64,000 bases of DNA. Origin: a bacterium. Lineage in GTDB: Bacteria > Electryoneota > Electryoneia > Electryoneales > Electryoneaceae. A program made the position numbers and the translations under genes. The first letter of the stretch is position 1. Each line of letters begins with the position of its first letter. Positions 39,337 through 49,175 of this stretch are shown in pieces. The DNA lies in assembly GCA_043801585.1 (NCBI GenBank), contig JAZDLX010000200.1:1-64000 (forward strand). The letters run 5' to 3'. The notes below the pieces were generated by a model. That model searched no databases, was not told the DNA's origin, and saw nothing but the letters and a program-made list of their open reading frames with translations.

Positions 39337-40866
39337 TCAAAGCGTTTCAAGCTCGCCGATTTCCTCCTCGACGGCTTCCAGAACGTTAAGATTTCGCACC
39401 GCTTCCCGCATCGCATTGTGATCCGGGTAGAGTGGGCGATCAACATCGAGGTGCTCGACAACCCTCCGTATCGCACGATGAGCCGCCCGGGTGCCCTTGC
39501 CCGGAGTGAACTCTCTGAAATCAAGGGCTTGCGCGTCAGCGATGAATTCGATTCCGAGTATGCCGTAGGCGTTATCGACGATCCTCCTCGTTTTCAGAGC
39601 GCTGTTCCAACCCATGCTGACGAAATCTTCCTGATCCGCCGCCGCCGGGATCGATTGCACGTAGGCCGGAGCTGAAAGGATGCGCTGCTCGACAATCAGC
39701 ATGTCCGCCGTATACTGGCTGAGCATGTGACCGGAATACATCCCAGCGCCTTTTGTCAGGAACGCAGGCAGCCCAACCGACAACGCCGGATTGAGCAGAC
39801 GGTTCAGCCGGCGTTCGGACAGCACCGACACCATCGTTACAGCGGCGCCAAGAACATCTAACGGCAGACTGACCGGAGTTCCCTGGAAATTCGCCCCGGA
39901 CAGAACGGTGTTCTCATCAGGGAGGAAGATCGGATTGTCACCGACTCCGTTCAGTTCCGTTTCGATCTGCTGGCGTGTCCAACGGAGTTGATCCCGTGCG
40001 GCGCCGATCACCTGGGGCGTACTGCGCATCGAATAGGCGTCCTGCACCTTGACCTTGATCTTTCCCGTGAGCAGGTCCGACCCCTCCATCACCTTCTTCA
40101 TGTTGCGGGCGCTGACGATTGCCCCTTGAAAACCACGGAGGATGTGCAACCGTTCATCGTAGGGTTTCATGTTGCCGCGCAACGCCTCGATCGACATCGC
40201 AGCCGCTATCTCCGCCTGTTTGATCCAGCGTTCGATGTCATGGAGCAGCAGGCAAGCCTCGCCGGTAATCAGGTTGCTGCCGTTGATCGCTGCCAGGCCG
40301 TCACGTACTTCAAGCCCGGGAACCTTGATCTCAGCTTTTCGGAATGCCTCTTCGGTTGGCATCCGTTGACCGTCGACAAAGACTTCACCTTCGCCCATCA
40401 GGGTCAGTGCAATTTGCGACATGGGAGCGAGGTCGCCGCTCGCCCCTACGGAGCCGTGACTGCAAACCACCGGGGTGATCCCGGCGTTCAGCATGTCCAC
40501 ATAGGTCTGGGTAATTTCCGGCCGGCAGGCGGAATGTCCATGAGCGTGTACGTTGATCCGGCTGACCATCGCCGCTCGGACGGTCTCAATGGGAAGTGGA
40601 TCTCCGATCCCTGCCGCATGGTTGTACACGAGGTATCGCTGGAACTCACGGGTCTGTTCTTCGTCAAGGACAACTTCGGAGAATTCCCCGATTCCCGTGT
40701 TGACGCCGTACATGATCTCTTTGGCGTCGATCTTCTTCTGAAGGAACGCTCTGCACGTCCTGATCCGTTCGATGGCGTCCTCGGACAGGATAACCTTTTC
40801 GCCCACGCGGGCGACACGAACCACATCCTCAATGCGCAAATTGCTGCCTGTCAGTGTAACACTCAT
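39337..40866 (-). CDS. hutH: MIO-dependent aromatic amino acid ammonia-lyase, most likely histidine ammonia-lyase
   Basis: 'YGVNTG', 'NHAAG' (HAL-type His), MIO 'GASGDLAP', 'QDAYSMR', 'DNP', 'QEDFVSMG'. Confidence 0.88.
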   Translation of the reverse strand: MSVTLTGSNLRIEDVVRVARVGEKVILSEDAIERIRTCRAFLQKKIDAKEIMYGVNTGIGEFSEVVLDEEQTREFQRYLVYNHAAGIGDPLPIETVRAAMVSRINVHAHGHSACRPEITQTYVDMLNAGITPVVCSHGSVGASGDLAPMSQIALTLMGEGEVFVDGQRMPTEEAFRKAEIKVPGLEVRDGLAAINGSNLITGEACLLLHDIERWIKQAEIAAAMSIEALRGNMKPYDERLHILRGFQGAIVSARNMKKVMEGSDLLTGKIKVKVQDAYSMRSTPQVIGAARDQLRWTRQQIETELNGVGDNPIFLPDENTVLSGANFQGTPVSLPLDVLGAAVTMVSVLSERRLNRLLNPALSVGLPAFLTKGAGMYSGHMLSQYTADMLIVEQRILSAPAYVQSIPAAADQEDFVSMGWNSALKTRRIVDNAYGILGIEFIADAQALDFREFTPGKGTRAAHRAIRRVVEHLDVDRPLYPDHNAMREAVRNLNVLEAVEEEIGELETL

Positions 40867-40999
40867 GTTCGCTCCTGGCTTCCCGCGCGCCGTGGCCTGA
40901 CTCCACCGGTGCCGTCATTGGCCACTGCGCCTTTCGCTTGTACATTCCGACGCCTAACGTACCATGACACCCGGCGGTAGAAAAGGAGAGACGGAGGCG

Positions 41000-41167
41000 A
41001 TGAACAGAGGCAGGAAAGCGGTGAAAATCACTCTGCAGGTCCATGCCTCGCCGGTGATTGGGAAACTTCAACAAGCGCTACGCGCTTTGGCGCCCCCGAT
41101 GCGAGAGGATCGTGTCGCCGTCACCGACATCGCCAACCCGCGCAAATTTCTGCTGGAGACTGACTGA
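41000..41167 (+). CDS. Putative small protein (55 aa)
   Basis: GGAGG RBS before the ATG at 41000; its stop overlaps the next start (TGATG). Confidence 0.4.
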   Translation: MNRGRKAVKITLQVHASPVIGKLQQALRALAPPMREDRVAVTDIANPRKFLLETD

Positions 41168-42765
41168 TGAACGGGGAGCGACTGCTCGTTACCGGAGCTC
41201 GGATCTGGACCGCGGGCCAACCCTGGGAATCTCCCCTCGGTGATCTCCTGATCGACAGCGGCGTCGTGGAGGCCGTGGAACCAGCCGGAACCCTCGACGA
41301 GGGATCCTTCTCGGGCATTCGTCGCATCAAGCTCCCCGGGGGGGTGATCCTCCCTTCGTTTTTTGACGCTCATCTGCATCTCGACCTGGGGGGCGTATTC
41401 CTGTCAAGGATTGCACTCCGGGATTGCACGTCTCCGTCAGAGGTTCTGACACGATTAGCGCATGAACGAGAGCCTGGTGAAGGATGGATGATCGCCATCG
41501 GGTTGCCGGAAGGGGCATGGCCATCCTACGAGGAGCTGCACCGGGCCACCAAAGGCCGCCCGGCCATCCTGTTCACACGCGATTACCATTCCGCCTTCGT
41601 CAATCCCGAAGGAATGGTGGAACTCGGCTTGACGGCGGACACTCCGCCACCGCCGGGCGGAATGTTCGACAAGGACGATTCCGGTCAACTGACCGGCCTG
41701 TTGCGCGAAAATGCCGTGCGGTGGGCGGAGAACAGGCTCCCTGCGCCGACCGATCGCCAGCGTCAGGACAACCTGTTGCTGGCGGCAAATAATCTCACCG
41801 AATGGGGTGTTCTGGGAGCCAGCGACGCCTCCGACAACAGTTCATGGGACGCATTGCGGATTCTTGATCGAGAGAACAGGATGCCATTGCGAATCGAACA
41901 CTGGCACCGCTGTCTTGAACTTGATGAAACATGCCTCGAGATCGAACGGGTCGATCTGCCCCGGTTGAAAAGGCTCCGAATTAAAACATTCTCCGACGGC
42001 GCTCTCGGCAGCCGCACAGCCTGGATGCTGGATGATTATGCCGATACTCCGGGAGTGCGGGGTGGTCCGGTCCCTGAACTGAAAACGTATCATCAGTTCC
42101 TCCAGCGTGCTGTAGAAAAAGGATGGTCTCACACCGCCCATGCGATTGGCGATGCGGCGGTAAGATGGGTGGGGGAGGTCCTTAGCCAGTTCCCGGTTCC
42201 CGGTTTGCCACACCGCATCGAACACGTCCAGCATATCGATGTGCGGGGAATCGCTCAATTGACGAACAGTTCCGTTCTTGCTTCCATCCAACCCACACAC
42301 CGCCTGGATGACTCCGGGATGCTGGTGCCACGCCTCGGAGCCGAGAGGGCCGAATTCAGCTACCCTCAGCGTTCGCTGCTCAGGAACGGCAGCGGAGTCA
42401 TCATGGGGACAGACTGGCCGGTGGTCAGTGCCGATCCGCGCAGAACGATTTTCGCCGCGATGAGCCAGCGGAAACCGGGGGAGGGCATGCCGGGAGAAGA
42501 ACTCTCCCTTGAACAGACGTTGACCGCGATGACCTGCCATCCGGCTGAGGCAGCAGGTTTTCATCGGGTCGGCAGGCTTTCTCACGGATATGCCGCCGAT
42601 TTTATCTGGCTTCCCGATGACCCGGGTCGCGATCCATCGTACTGGCGGGAGATGAAAACAGGCGGAGTTTGGGCAGGCGGACACCTCCTTCACGCGAACC
42701 ACGGCGCACTCACATATTCCTTGCCGAAAAGGACTGAAACCCGCGTGGATAAAGAAAAAACGTGA
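41167..42765 (+). CDS. YtcJ-like amidohydrolase (Amidohydro_3)
   Basis: 'PSFFDAHLH', 'DYHSAFVN', 'TGLLRE', 'KTFSDGALGSRTA', 'HAIGD', 'RIEH', 'GTDWPV'. Confidence 0.92.
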   Translation: MNGERLLVTGARIWTAGQPWESPLGDLLIDSGVVEAVEPAGTLDEGSFSGIRRIKLPGGVILPSFFDAHLHLDLGGVFLSRIALRDCTSPSEVLTRLAHEREPGEGWMIAIGLPEGAWPSYEELHRATKGRPAILFTRDYHSAFVNPEGMVELGLTADTPPPPGGMFDKDDSGQLTGLLRENAVRWAENRLPAPTDRQRQDNLLLAANNLTEWGVLGASDASDNSSWDALRILDRENRMPLRIEHWHRCLELDETCLEIERVDLPRLKRLRIKTFSDGALGSRTAWMLDDYADTPGVRGGPVPELKTYHQFLQRAVEKGWSHTAHAIGDAAVRWVGEVLSQFPVPGLPHRIEHVQHIDVRGIAQLTNSSVLASIQPTHRLDDSGMLVPRLGAERAEFSYPQRSLLRNGSGVIMGTDWPVVSADPRRTIFAAMSQRKPGEGMPGEELSLEQTLTAMTCHPAEAAGFHRVGRLSHGYAADFIWLPDDPGRDPSYWREMKTGGVWAGGHLLHANHGALTYSLPKRTETRVDKEKT

Positions 42766-42816
42766 CCAGAATACCTTCCGGCCACGACTTTGAAGTTGCA
42801 GATCTATGGAATCAGA

Positions 42817-43017
42817 TCAATGTTTGAGCGTGATTTCGATAGATTTGCCGGACTTCGATTCGACAATCTTGCCTTCCCGCGCCAGCCAACCGATCGCACG
42901 ATCAAGCATCGATGGAGTAAGTTGCACCTCTTTCTTTAACTTTGCCACACTCGACGAGCCGTGCTGGCTCAAATAATGCCAGAGAACTCCGGCGGCGGTA
43001 CCAATGGTGTTTTCCAT
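42817..43017 (-). CDS. Small winged-helix protein (DUF2582-like)
   Basis: 66 aa 'IGTAAGVLWHYL...AIGWLAREGKI'; GGAGG RBS. Confidence 0.85.
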   Translation of the reverse strand: MENTIGTAAGVLWHYLSQHGSSSVAKLKKEVQLTPSMLDRAIGWLAREGKIVESKSGKSIEITLKH

Positions 43018-43042
43018 ATATCCTCCCCAAAAATGTGACGCG

Positions 43043-44647
43043 CTATACCCCGGCGAGTGGTCCCGCGTTCTGGATTTCTTCACTCGCATCCTTTTCAAAA
43101 AGTTTAAAGTTCTCATGGAACTTTTTCGCCAGTTCCGTGGCTTTTGTATCGTACGCTTTTTTGTTTTTCCATGTCTCTCGTGGTTGCAGCACATCCTTTG
43201 GCACGTCGGGGACCTCAGAAGGAATCTCGAGCCCGAATATTGGTTCCAGGTTAAACTGACCACCGTCGAGTTTGCCTTCGAGAGCCGAATTGACCATCGC
43301 ACGAGTGTATTTGATCGCCATCCGGTGACCCTCGCCATAGGGACCACCCGTCCAGCCGGTGTTGACAAGCCAGACCGTGGCATCGTGCTGTTCCATGCGC
43401 TTGCCAAGCATCCCGGCATATTTTAATGGATCAAGCGGCATGAAAGGAGCACCGAAAAGCGTGCTGAACGCCGGCTGCGGTTCTTTGATTCCACGCTCCG
43501 TGCCGGCAAGCTTGCTCGTGTAACCGCTGATGAAATGGTACATCGCCTGAGCCCGGGTCAGCCTGCTGATCGGGGGCAGAACACCAAAGGCGTCGGCAGT
43601 CAGGAAGATGATGTTTTTCGGATGTGGCCCATGACCTTCCTTGACAATGTTTGGAATGTGGGTGATCGGATAGGAAGCCCTCGTATTGTCCGTCAGGCTG
43701 TTGTCATCGAGATCGACCCGCCTGGTGTTGATATCCATCGCCACATTTTCGAGGATGGTGCCGAAACGTTTCGTGGTGGCATAGATTTCCGGTTCCGCCT
43801 CAGCGGAAAGGTTAATCACTTTCGCGTAACAGCCACCTTCCATGTTGAACACGCCGTTGGGAGACCAGCCGTGCTCATCATCCCCGATAAGATTTCGTGT
43901 GGGGTCAGCGGAGAGGGTTGTCTTGCCCGTGCCCGACAGGCCGAAAAAGAGTGCACAATCGCCGTTTACGCCAACATTGGCCGAGCAGTGCATCGGCAGG
44001 ACATCTTCCTGTGGCAGCAGGTAGTTCATCACGCTGAAAATCGATTTCTTGATCTCGCCGCCGTAACTGGTTCCCCCGATGATCACCATCTTCTTGCTGA
44101 AGCTGATGATGATGAAGGCTTCGCTGTTGGTCCCGTCGTATTCGGGGATCGCCTTGAAATTCGGGAGATTCAGAACGGTGAAAATCGGCTCATGGTAGTA
44201 GCCCGGTTCATGGCTGCGAATGAACATATTCCGGGCAAAAAGATTGTGCCAGGCGGTCTCGGTAATCACCCGAATCGGCTTCTGAAACTGGGGATCCGCG
44301 TTTACATGACAGTCCTGAACGAAAAGGTCTTTCCCCTGCGTATAGGCCTGCAGACGCCGAAACAGGTCTTCAAATCGATCCGGTTCGATGGGGACGTTGA
44401 TCGGTCCCCAATTGACCAGATTCACACTCGCCTCGTCCTTGACGATGAAACGGTCTTTAGGGCTGCGGCCTGTGTACTGGCCCGTCCGGACGACAAGGGG
44501 TCCATTGTGCGCCAGATACCCCTCACGCCTTCGTATTGACTGTTCGTACAGGAAAGCTGCGCCGGCATTCCAGTACAAATTGCCGAGATTGATCAGCCCA
44601 AGCGGTTCGAGCTTTTTCGCATGTTCAGGGTTTGCAACGGTTTCCAT
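43043..44647 (-). CDS. pckA: Phosphoenolpyruvate carboxykinase (ATP)
   Basis: 'TGRSPKD', 'YGGEIKK', 'MHCSAN', 'FGLSGTGKTTLS', 'IGDDEHGW', 'EGGCYAK'. Confidence 0.99.
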   Translation of the reverse strand: METVANPEHAKKLEPLGLINLGNLYWNAGAAFLYEQSIRRREGYLAHNGPLVVRTGQYTGRSPKDRFIVKDEASVNLVNWGPINVPIEPDRFEDLFRRLQAYTQGKDLFVQDCHVNADPQFQKPIRVITETAWHNLFARNMFIRSHEPGYYHEPIFTVLNLPNFKAIPEYDGTNSEAFIIISFSKKMVIIGGTSYGGEIKKSIFSVMNYLLPQEDVLPMHCSANVGVNGDCALFFGLSGTGKTTLSADPTRNLIGDDEHGWSPNGVFNMEGGCYAKVINLSAEAEPEIYATTKRFGTILENVAMDINTRRVDLDDNSLTDNTRASYPITHIPNIVKEGHGPHPKNIIFLTADAFGVLPPISRLTRAQAMYHFISGYTSKLAGTERGIKEPQPAFSTLFGAPFMPLDPLKYAGMLGKRMEQHDATVWLVNTGWTGGPYGEGHRMAIKYTRAMVNSALEGKLDGGQFNLEPIFGLEIPSEVPDVPKDVLQPRETWKNKKAYDTKATELAKKFHENFKLFEKDASEEIQNAGPLAGV

Positions 44648-44818
44648 GGCGTACCTCTTGACGGTTACTGGTACAACATTCGGACAGGCTAATGTAGCCG
44701 GTTTACGTCGGTTGCTACAAGAATTTGTTACACGTTATTCTCTCGCCGAGCAGGCGAGCTCTGGCGTTTGGTGGGCAGGTGAATCGATGACTTCCAATTC
44801 GGGTTGTACGCGGAAGGG

Positions 44819-45367
44819 CTACTCGATCTCAAACAAAAGCTGACCTTTCTCCACGGCCTGCCCCAACGACACGGAAAGTGATTTCAGCCGTCCCGCAACG
44901 GGCGCCTTGATTTCATTTTCCATCTTCATCGCTTCCATCACCAGAATGCCCTGGTGTTCTTCCACCAGGTCATTTTCGGAAGCTTCAACTTTGACAATCA
45001 GCCCCGGCATTGGCGCGGTTACACGGCCGTGACGTGTGCCGACACCCGCCGCACGAAGGAACTCACGCAGGTAGGCCTCGCGTTTGGAGATGACGTCGGC
45101 GCTGAAATCATACCCGCCGGTGTGGATCCGGTATTGGTTTGCAATGTCCGTGGGTTCAACCGCCAGGACGACGCTTCTTCCGCCCAGCAACAGGGAGTAG
45201 TGGTCCGGAACAGCCTTGGGTTGGACATCCAGAACCATCTCCTCGCCGTCCACCCGAATCCTGCCTTCATGCCCGAGGAATTCGATCTCAAACACATCCC
45301 CGTTGATCTCGACACGATAGGCGTCACCGTTCGCACCGTTGCTGCGATTGCCGCCAGCCTTGTTCAT
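44819..45367 (-). CDS. Biotin carboxyl carrier protein with N-terminal BT-like domain
   Basis: 'APMPG' and biotinylation motif 'EAMKMENEI'; ATG at 45367 overlaps the upstream stop. Confidence 0.92.
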   Translation of the reverse strand: MNKAGGNRSNGANGDAYRVEINGDVFEIEFLGHEGRIRVDGEEMVLDVQPKAVPDHYSLLLGGRSVVLAVEPTDIANQYRIHTGGYDFSADVISKREAYLREFLRAAGVGTRHGRVTAPMPGLIVKVEASENDLVEEHQGILVMEAMKMENEIKAPVAGRLKSLSVSLGQAVEKGQLLFEIE

Positions 45368-46893
45368 CGTATCGCCCTCCGGCGGCCATCCATCTTCCAG
45401 GTGCATGATCCCGAGTTTGATTGCACATGATGAGCTTCCGCCTCATTCCGGCCTTTTCCGCTCTCGTGATGCCGCCGCCATGCCGCGGCGATCGCGGCGA
45501 TCTGTTGCCAGGACTTCTCGCGTGCTTGAAGCTTCTCAACGTCAAATTCACGGTCAACAAAGGAGGTGTCAAAGTTTCCCTGGCCGTACGACTCGTTGTT
45601 CATCACCAGAAGCCCGAACGGAATCGTCGTTCGCACCCCGGTGATGCGATACTCCTGCAATGCCCGGCGCATCCTCGCTATCGCTTCGGAACGATTCCAT
45701 CCCCAGGCGATCAATTTGCTGATCATCGGATCGTAGTGGATGGTGATTTCATCACCTTCACGAATGCCGCTGTCTTCGCGGATTCCGAAACCATCCGGTG
45801 GCCGCAGATAACGGATCCTGCCGGTGTGGGGGAGGAAATTGTTCAGTGTGTCCTCGCTGTAAATCCGCACTTCAATGGCGTGGCCACGCATCGATACCTG
45901 CTCCTGAGTCAAGGGCAGCGGTTTACCCTGTGCTACGAGAATCTGAAGCTGAACGAGGTCCAAACCCGTAACCATCTCGGTGACCGGGTGCTCCACCTGC
46001 AATCGCGTGTTCATCTCGAGGAAGTAATACTTACGCTGAGCGTCGACGAGGAATTCCACCGTGCCGGCATTGACGTAACCCACAGCACGCGCCGCCTCTA
46101 CGGCGGATCGTCCCATCTCCTCACGCATTTCAAGTGTGACGATCGGGCTCGGAGACTCTTCGACAACTTTTTGGTGGCGTCGTTGGATTGAGCACTCACG
46201 TTCGCCAAGGTGGATGACGTTGCCCCGGGAATCGGCAAAAACCTGAAACTCAATATGACGTGGCCGTTCAAGGTATTTCTCGAGGTAGATCAGCGGGCTG
46301 CCAAAGGCGTTGATCGACTCCCGTCTTGCCGCGTCCAGGGCGCCGGGGAGTTCTTTTTTGTCCCGGACCACCCGCATTCCCTTGCCGCCTCCGCCCATCG
46401 CCGCCTTGATCAGAACGGGATAACCCGCCTCGCGAGCGAACTCCGCGGCTTCTTTCTCGGTCTCGACGGCATTTTTCGTGCCGGGGACCACAGGCACACC
46501 AGCCTTCATCATGATCGAACGCGCTTCGGTTTTGCTTCCCATCGAGCGTATCGCATCGGGTGGAGGACCGATCCAGACGAATCCCGCATCGATAACAGCC
46601 TGGGCAAAATCTGCATTTTCGGAAAGAAATCCATAACCGGGATGGATGGCTTGAGCGCCGGATTCTCTAGCGGCTTCAAGGAGATTCTCCGGCTTCAGAT
46701 AACTCTGGGATGCCGCAGCGGGACCGATGGCACATGCTTCGTCGGCGAGCTGTACATGCATGGCGTTGCGATCGACGTCCGAAAAGACCGCCACGCTTCG
46801 AATACCCATCTCACGGCAGGCACGAATGACCCGAACCGCGATTTCACCACGGTTGGCTACCAGTATTTTCTCGAAGGATCGCTCTCTGGTCAT
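45364..46893 (-). CDS. accC: Biotin carboxylase subunit (acetyl/propionyl-CoA carboxylase type)
   Basis: 'ANRGEIA', 'HPGYGFLSEN', 'GGGGKGMR', 'RECSIQRRHQK', 'EMNTRLQVEHP', 'YDPMISKL'. Confidence 0.93.
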   Translation of the reverse strand: MTRERSFEKILVANRGEIAVRVIRACREMGIRSVAVFSDVDRNAMHVQLADEACAIGPAAASQSYLKPENLLEAARESGAQAIHPGYGFLSENADFAQAVIDAGFVWIGPPPDAIRSMGSKTEARSIMMKAGVPVVPGTKNAVETEKEAAEFAREAGYPVLIKAAMGGGGKGMRVVRDKKELPGALDAARRESINAFGSPLIYLEKYLERPRHIEFQVFADSRGNVIHLGERECSIQRRHQKVVEESPSPIVTLEMREEMGRSAVEAARAVGYVNAGTVEFLVDAQRKYYFLEMNTRLQVEHPVTEMVTGLDLVQLQILVAQGKPLPLTQEQVSMRGHAIEVRIYSEDTLNNFLPHTGRIRYLRPPDGFGIREDSGIREGDEITIHYDPMISKLIAWGWNRSEAIARMRRALQEYRITGVRTTIPFGLLVMNNESYGQGNFDTSFVDREFDVEKLQAREKSWQQIAAIAAAWRRHHESGKGRNEAEAHHVQSNSGSCTWKMDGRRRAIR

Positions 46894-47002
46894 GGGCGTT
46901 TCTCGTCACGGATGATCGGTTTCACCAGCATCACTACTCTTGACGGATCGGGAAAACGGACCGAAGAATGTACCGGACGTGCGGGTGGGAGTCAACGATC
47001 AT

Positions 47003-47034
47003 AAAAACGCCGGATATGGGAATCCACATCCGGC
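47003..47034 (-). terminator. Intrinsic terminator after the response regulator
   Basis: GCCGGAT...ATCCGGC stem followed by a T-run on the minus strand. Confidence 0.6.
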
Positions 47035-47067
47035 ACCAATGTTAATGCTTTCTTAAAATCACCAGCA

Positions 47068-47676
47068 TTAATCCGACTTAATCATCTTGGATTTGGCCAG
47101 CAGTTCGTCGATGATTCTTGATAACTCGTCGAAATCAGGCGGTTTGTTTACATAGTAGTCCACATCCAGATCCTTCATCGCCTCTTGGACCACTTCATCA
47201 ATGTATCCGGAGAGAATCACAATCCGGGTGCCGGTCAACTGGGATTCTTTTCTTAAAATCGAGGCGATTCGGATGCCATCGGTTCCGGGAAGATGCAGGT
47301 CGAGAATGACCACGTCCGGTCGATACTTCATCAGCAGCATCCCTGCATGCGCCACATCGTCCGCACCAACAACCCGCCGACCCGGAGCCTCAAGGTTCGG
47401 AATCAACGCGTGAAGCAAATCGGGATCGTCATCAATGACGAGTACCGTCGGGGGAGAGGCGTAGCTCTCCCATTCGGCAGGCACTTCAAATCCATGCACC
47501 TGGCAGAACCGAACCAACTCATCGATGTTCACCCGGTAATGCCCACCGGGTGTAGTACTTGCTTTCAGACGATCCGCCTTAATCCAGTTCGCGACTGTCT
47601 CAGGAGTGACATGACAGTGCTGAGCGATTTGACCGGTTGTAAAACGTTTTGGCGATTTGACCTCTTTACTTGTCAT
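47068..47676 (-). CDS. Response regulator with N-terminal excisionase/MerR-type HTH and C-terminal receiver
   Basis: 'FTTGQIA..CHVTPETVANWI...TPGGHYRV'; receiver 'VIDDD', 'LDLHLPG', 'LSG', 'KP'. Confidence 0.9.
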   Translation of the reverse strand: MTSKEVKSPKRFTTGQIAQHCHVTPETVANWIKADRLKASTTPGGHYRVNIDELVRFCQVHGFEVPAEWESYASPPTVLVIDDDPDLLHALIPNLEAPGRRVVGADDVAHAGMLLMKYRPDVVILDLHLPGTDGIRIASILRKESQLTGTRIVILSGYIDEVVQEAMKDLDVDYYVNKPPDFDELSRIIDELLAKSKMIKSD

Positions 47677-47887
47677 GCGACAACCCTTTCGTTCCGCAGA
47701 TTCCGCCACCCGTGCCCGAGTCTCGAAGCTCAAGTATCTGGTTCACTTGGCAGCAATAGTAAAAAGATAAAAACTATCATCCCACAAGTGAAACTTCATA
47801 TAATATGGGTAAATCAGAGACTAAATACTTCCAATTTGAATTATTTTCCTCGACCGGCTCTTTTACCGAATTCTCACCTTCGAAGCA

Positions 47888-48313
47888 TTATTTCGCGGTG
47901 GATGTCGGAAAGGTATTTGCCGGATACCGTGTCCCATCATCGGGCGGTTCCACGGGTACGTTTCGAGCAGAGCCCCCAACGAGTTCCCAGGCTGAATCGA
48001 AATCCTCCACAACGGTGTATTTTGCTCCAGCACGGAAAGGAACCGTTAAGGATGGGTCCGCGGAGGGGATCAGAATCCGTTTGCGAAAGGAAGCTCCTGC
48101 AAGTACACCAGCCAGAAGCTTCAGCTGCTTAACCGCTGCGGGTGCGGCTCTCTCGAAATCGCCAAAGTCAAAGATCAGCGACCATGTCTCGTCCAGTCTT
48201 TCCACTTGCCGAGACAGGTCAATCCTCATCATATACGCCTCAGTTCCATCCTGCATACCGTGAAGGACAACAACAAGCGTCTTCAATTCACGGCTTTCCT
48301 CTACGCGATACAT
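47888..48313 (-). CDS. Hypothetical protein, possibly STAS/SpoIIAA-like
   Basis: GGAGGT RBS; alpha/beta pattern 'LVVVLHG...LIFDFGDF...F..AW'. Confidence 0.5.
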   Translation of the reverse strand: MYRVEESRELKTLVVVLHGMQDGTEAYMMRIDLSRQVERLDETWSLIFDFGDFERAAPAAVKQLKLLAGVLAGASFRKRILIPSADPSLTVPFRAGAKYTVVEDFDSAWELVGGSARNVPVEPPDDGTRYPANTFPTSTAK

Positions 48314-49175
48314 GTCACCTCCATGATGAATACCTTTAACCTATGGCTCACATACTTTCAAGGCAACCCGGAAGCTCTGGGAATCAAACCCTCCACATTC
48401 CCCCGATGAAATCTTCTGATTCGTTCTTTTCGATCGTACTGCTCAGGATTAATAAATCGCCACCGGATGTGCCAACGGAGAGAATGGAGACCAGAGAGTA
48501 TGAAGATTGCACGGGGAGGATCTTCTCTTTCAACAATGTTAGATTATTCTTATAATAATATCGATATCGATAATAAGAGAAATATCATTCATCACTCAGA
48601 AGTCTACGATCGATTCGCTGAATCCGTCTATTAACCTATTAAACATTAAGTTGTTAAGCTGTTGAGGACGATTCATCCAAGGGGGCTCCGGTATATCAGC
48701 TTTCTGGAACACGATGATAAGTTACAGTCTGAATCCATTGGTTCTTTCAGCGGTACAGCGTGCACACATTTCCTGACGACCTTCTCAAATAATAACTTCA
48801 CCAATTTGCACGAAATCAAGTCTTTCGATGAAACGTATTCCGCACCTGTGATCTGATGATACGGGTCGTTGTGAGAGTGTACCTATTGCGAAATTCATCT
48901 CAATCTGGCAGTTTTCAACGTAGGACATTATTTTAGCATATTGGTAATTGGACATTTATTGTTGGCAAATTCCTAGACCATGCTTCAACTGGATATCTTC
49001 AACATTCGTGGTAATGGCAACTGGCGATCGCATAAGTCGATCACATGCAAATAAGTCTGGTGCCTGGATCTACCAGGCGGATTTGCGCGAAAATAACAGA
49101 CGTCCCGTCATATGAACAGAAAGTAATTTCCGAACAATCCGCTGATGGGGCTGAATTCGAGCGGGAGGATGAGAG

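Noticed and set aside
43018..43419. 200-aa version of the DUF2582 ORF
   Set aside because: It overlaps pckA in another frame; only the last 66 aa have an RBS and the family motif.
47805..48263. 152-aa plus-strand ORF
   Set aside because: Antisense to 47888-48313, which has the better RBS and a more protein-like composition.
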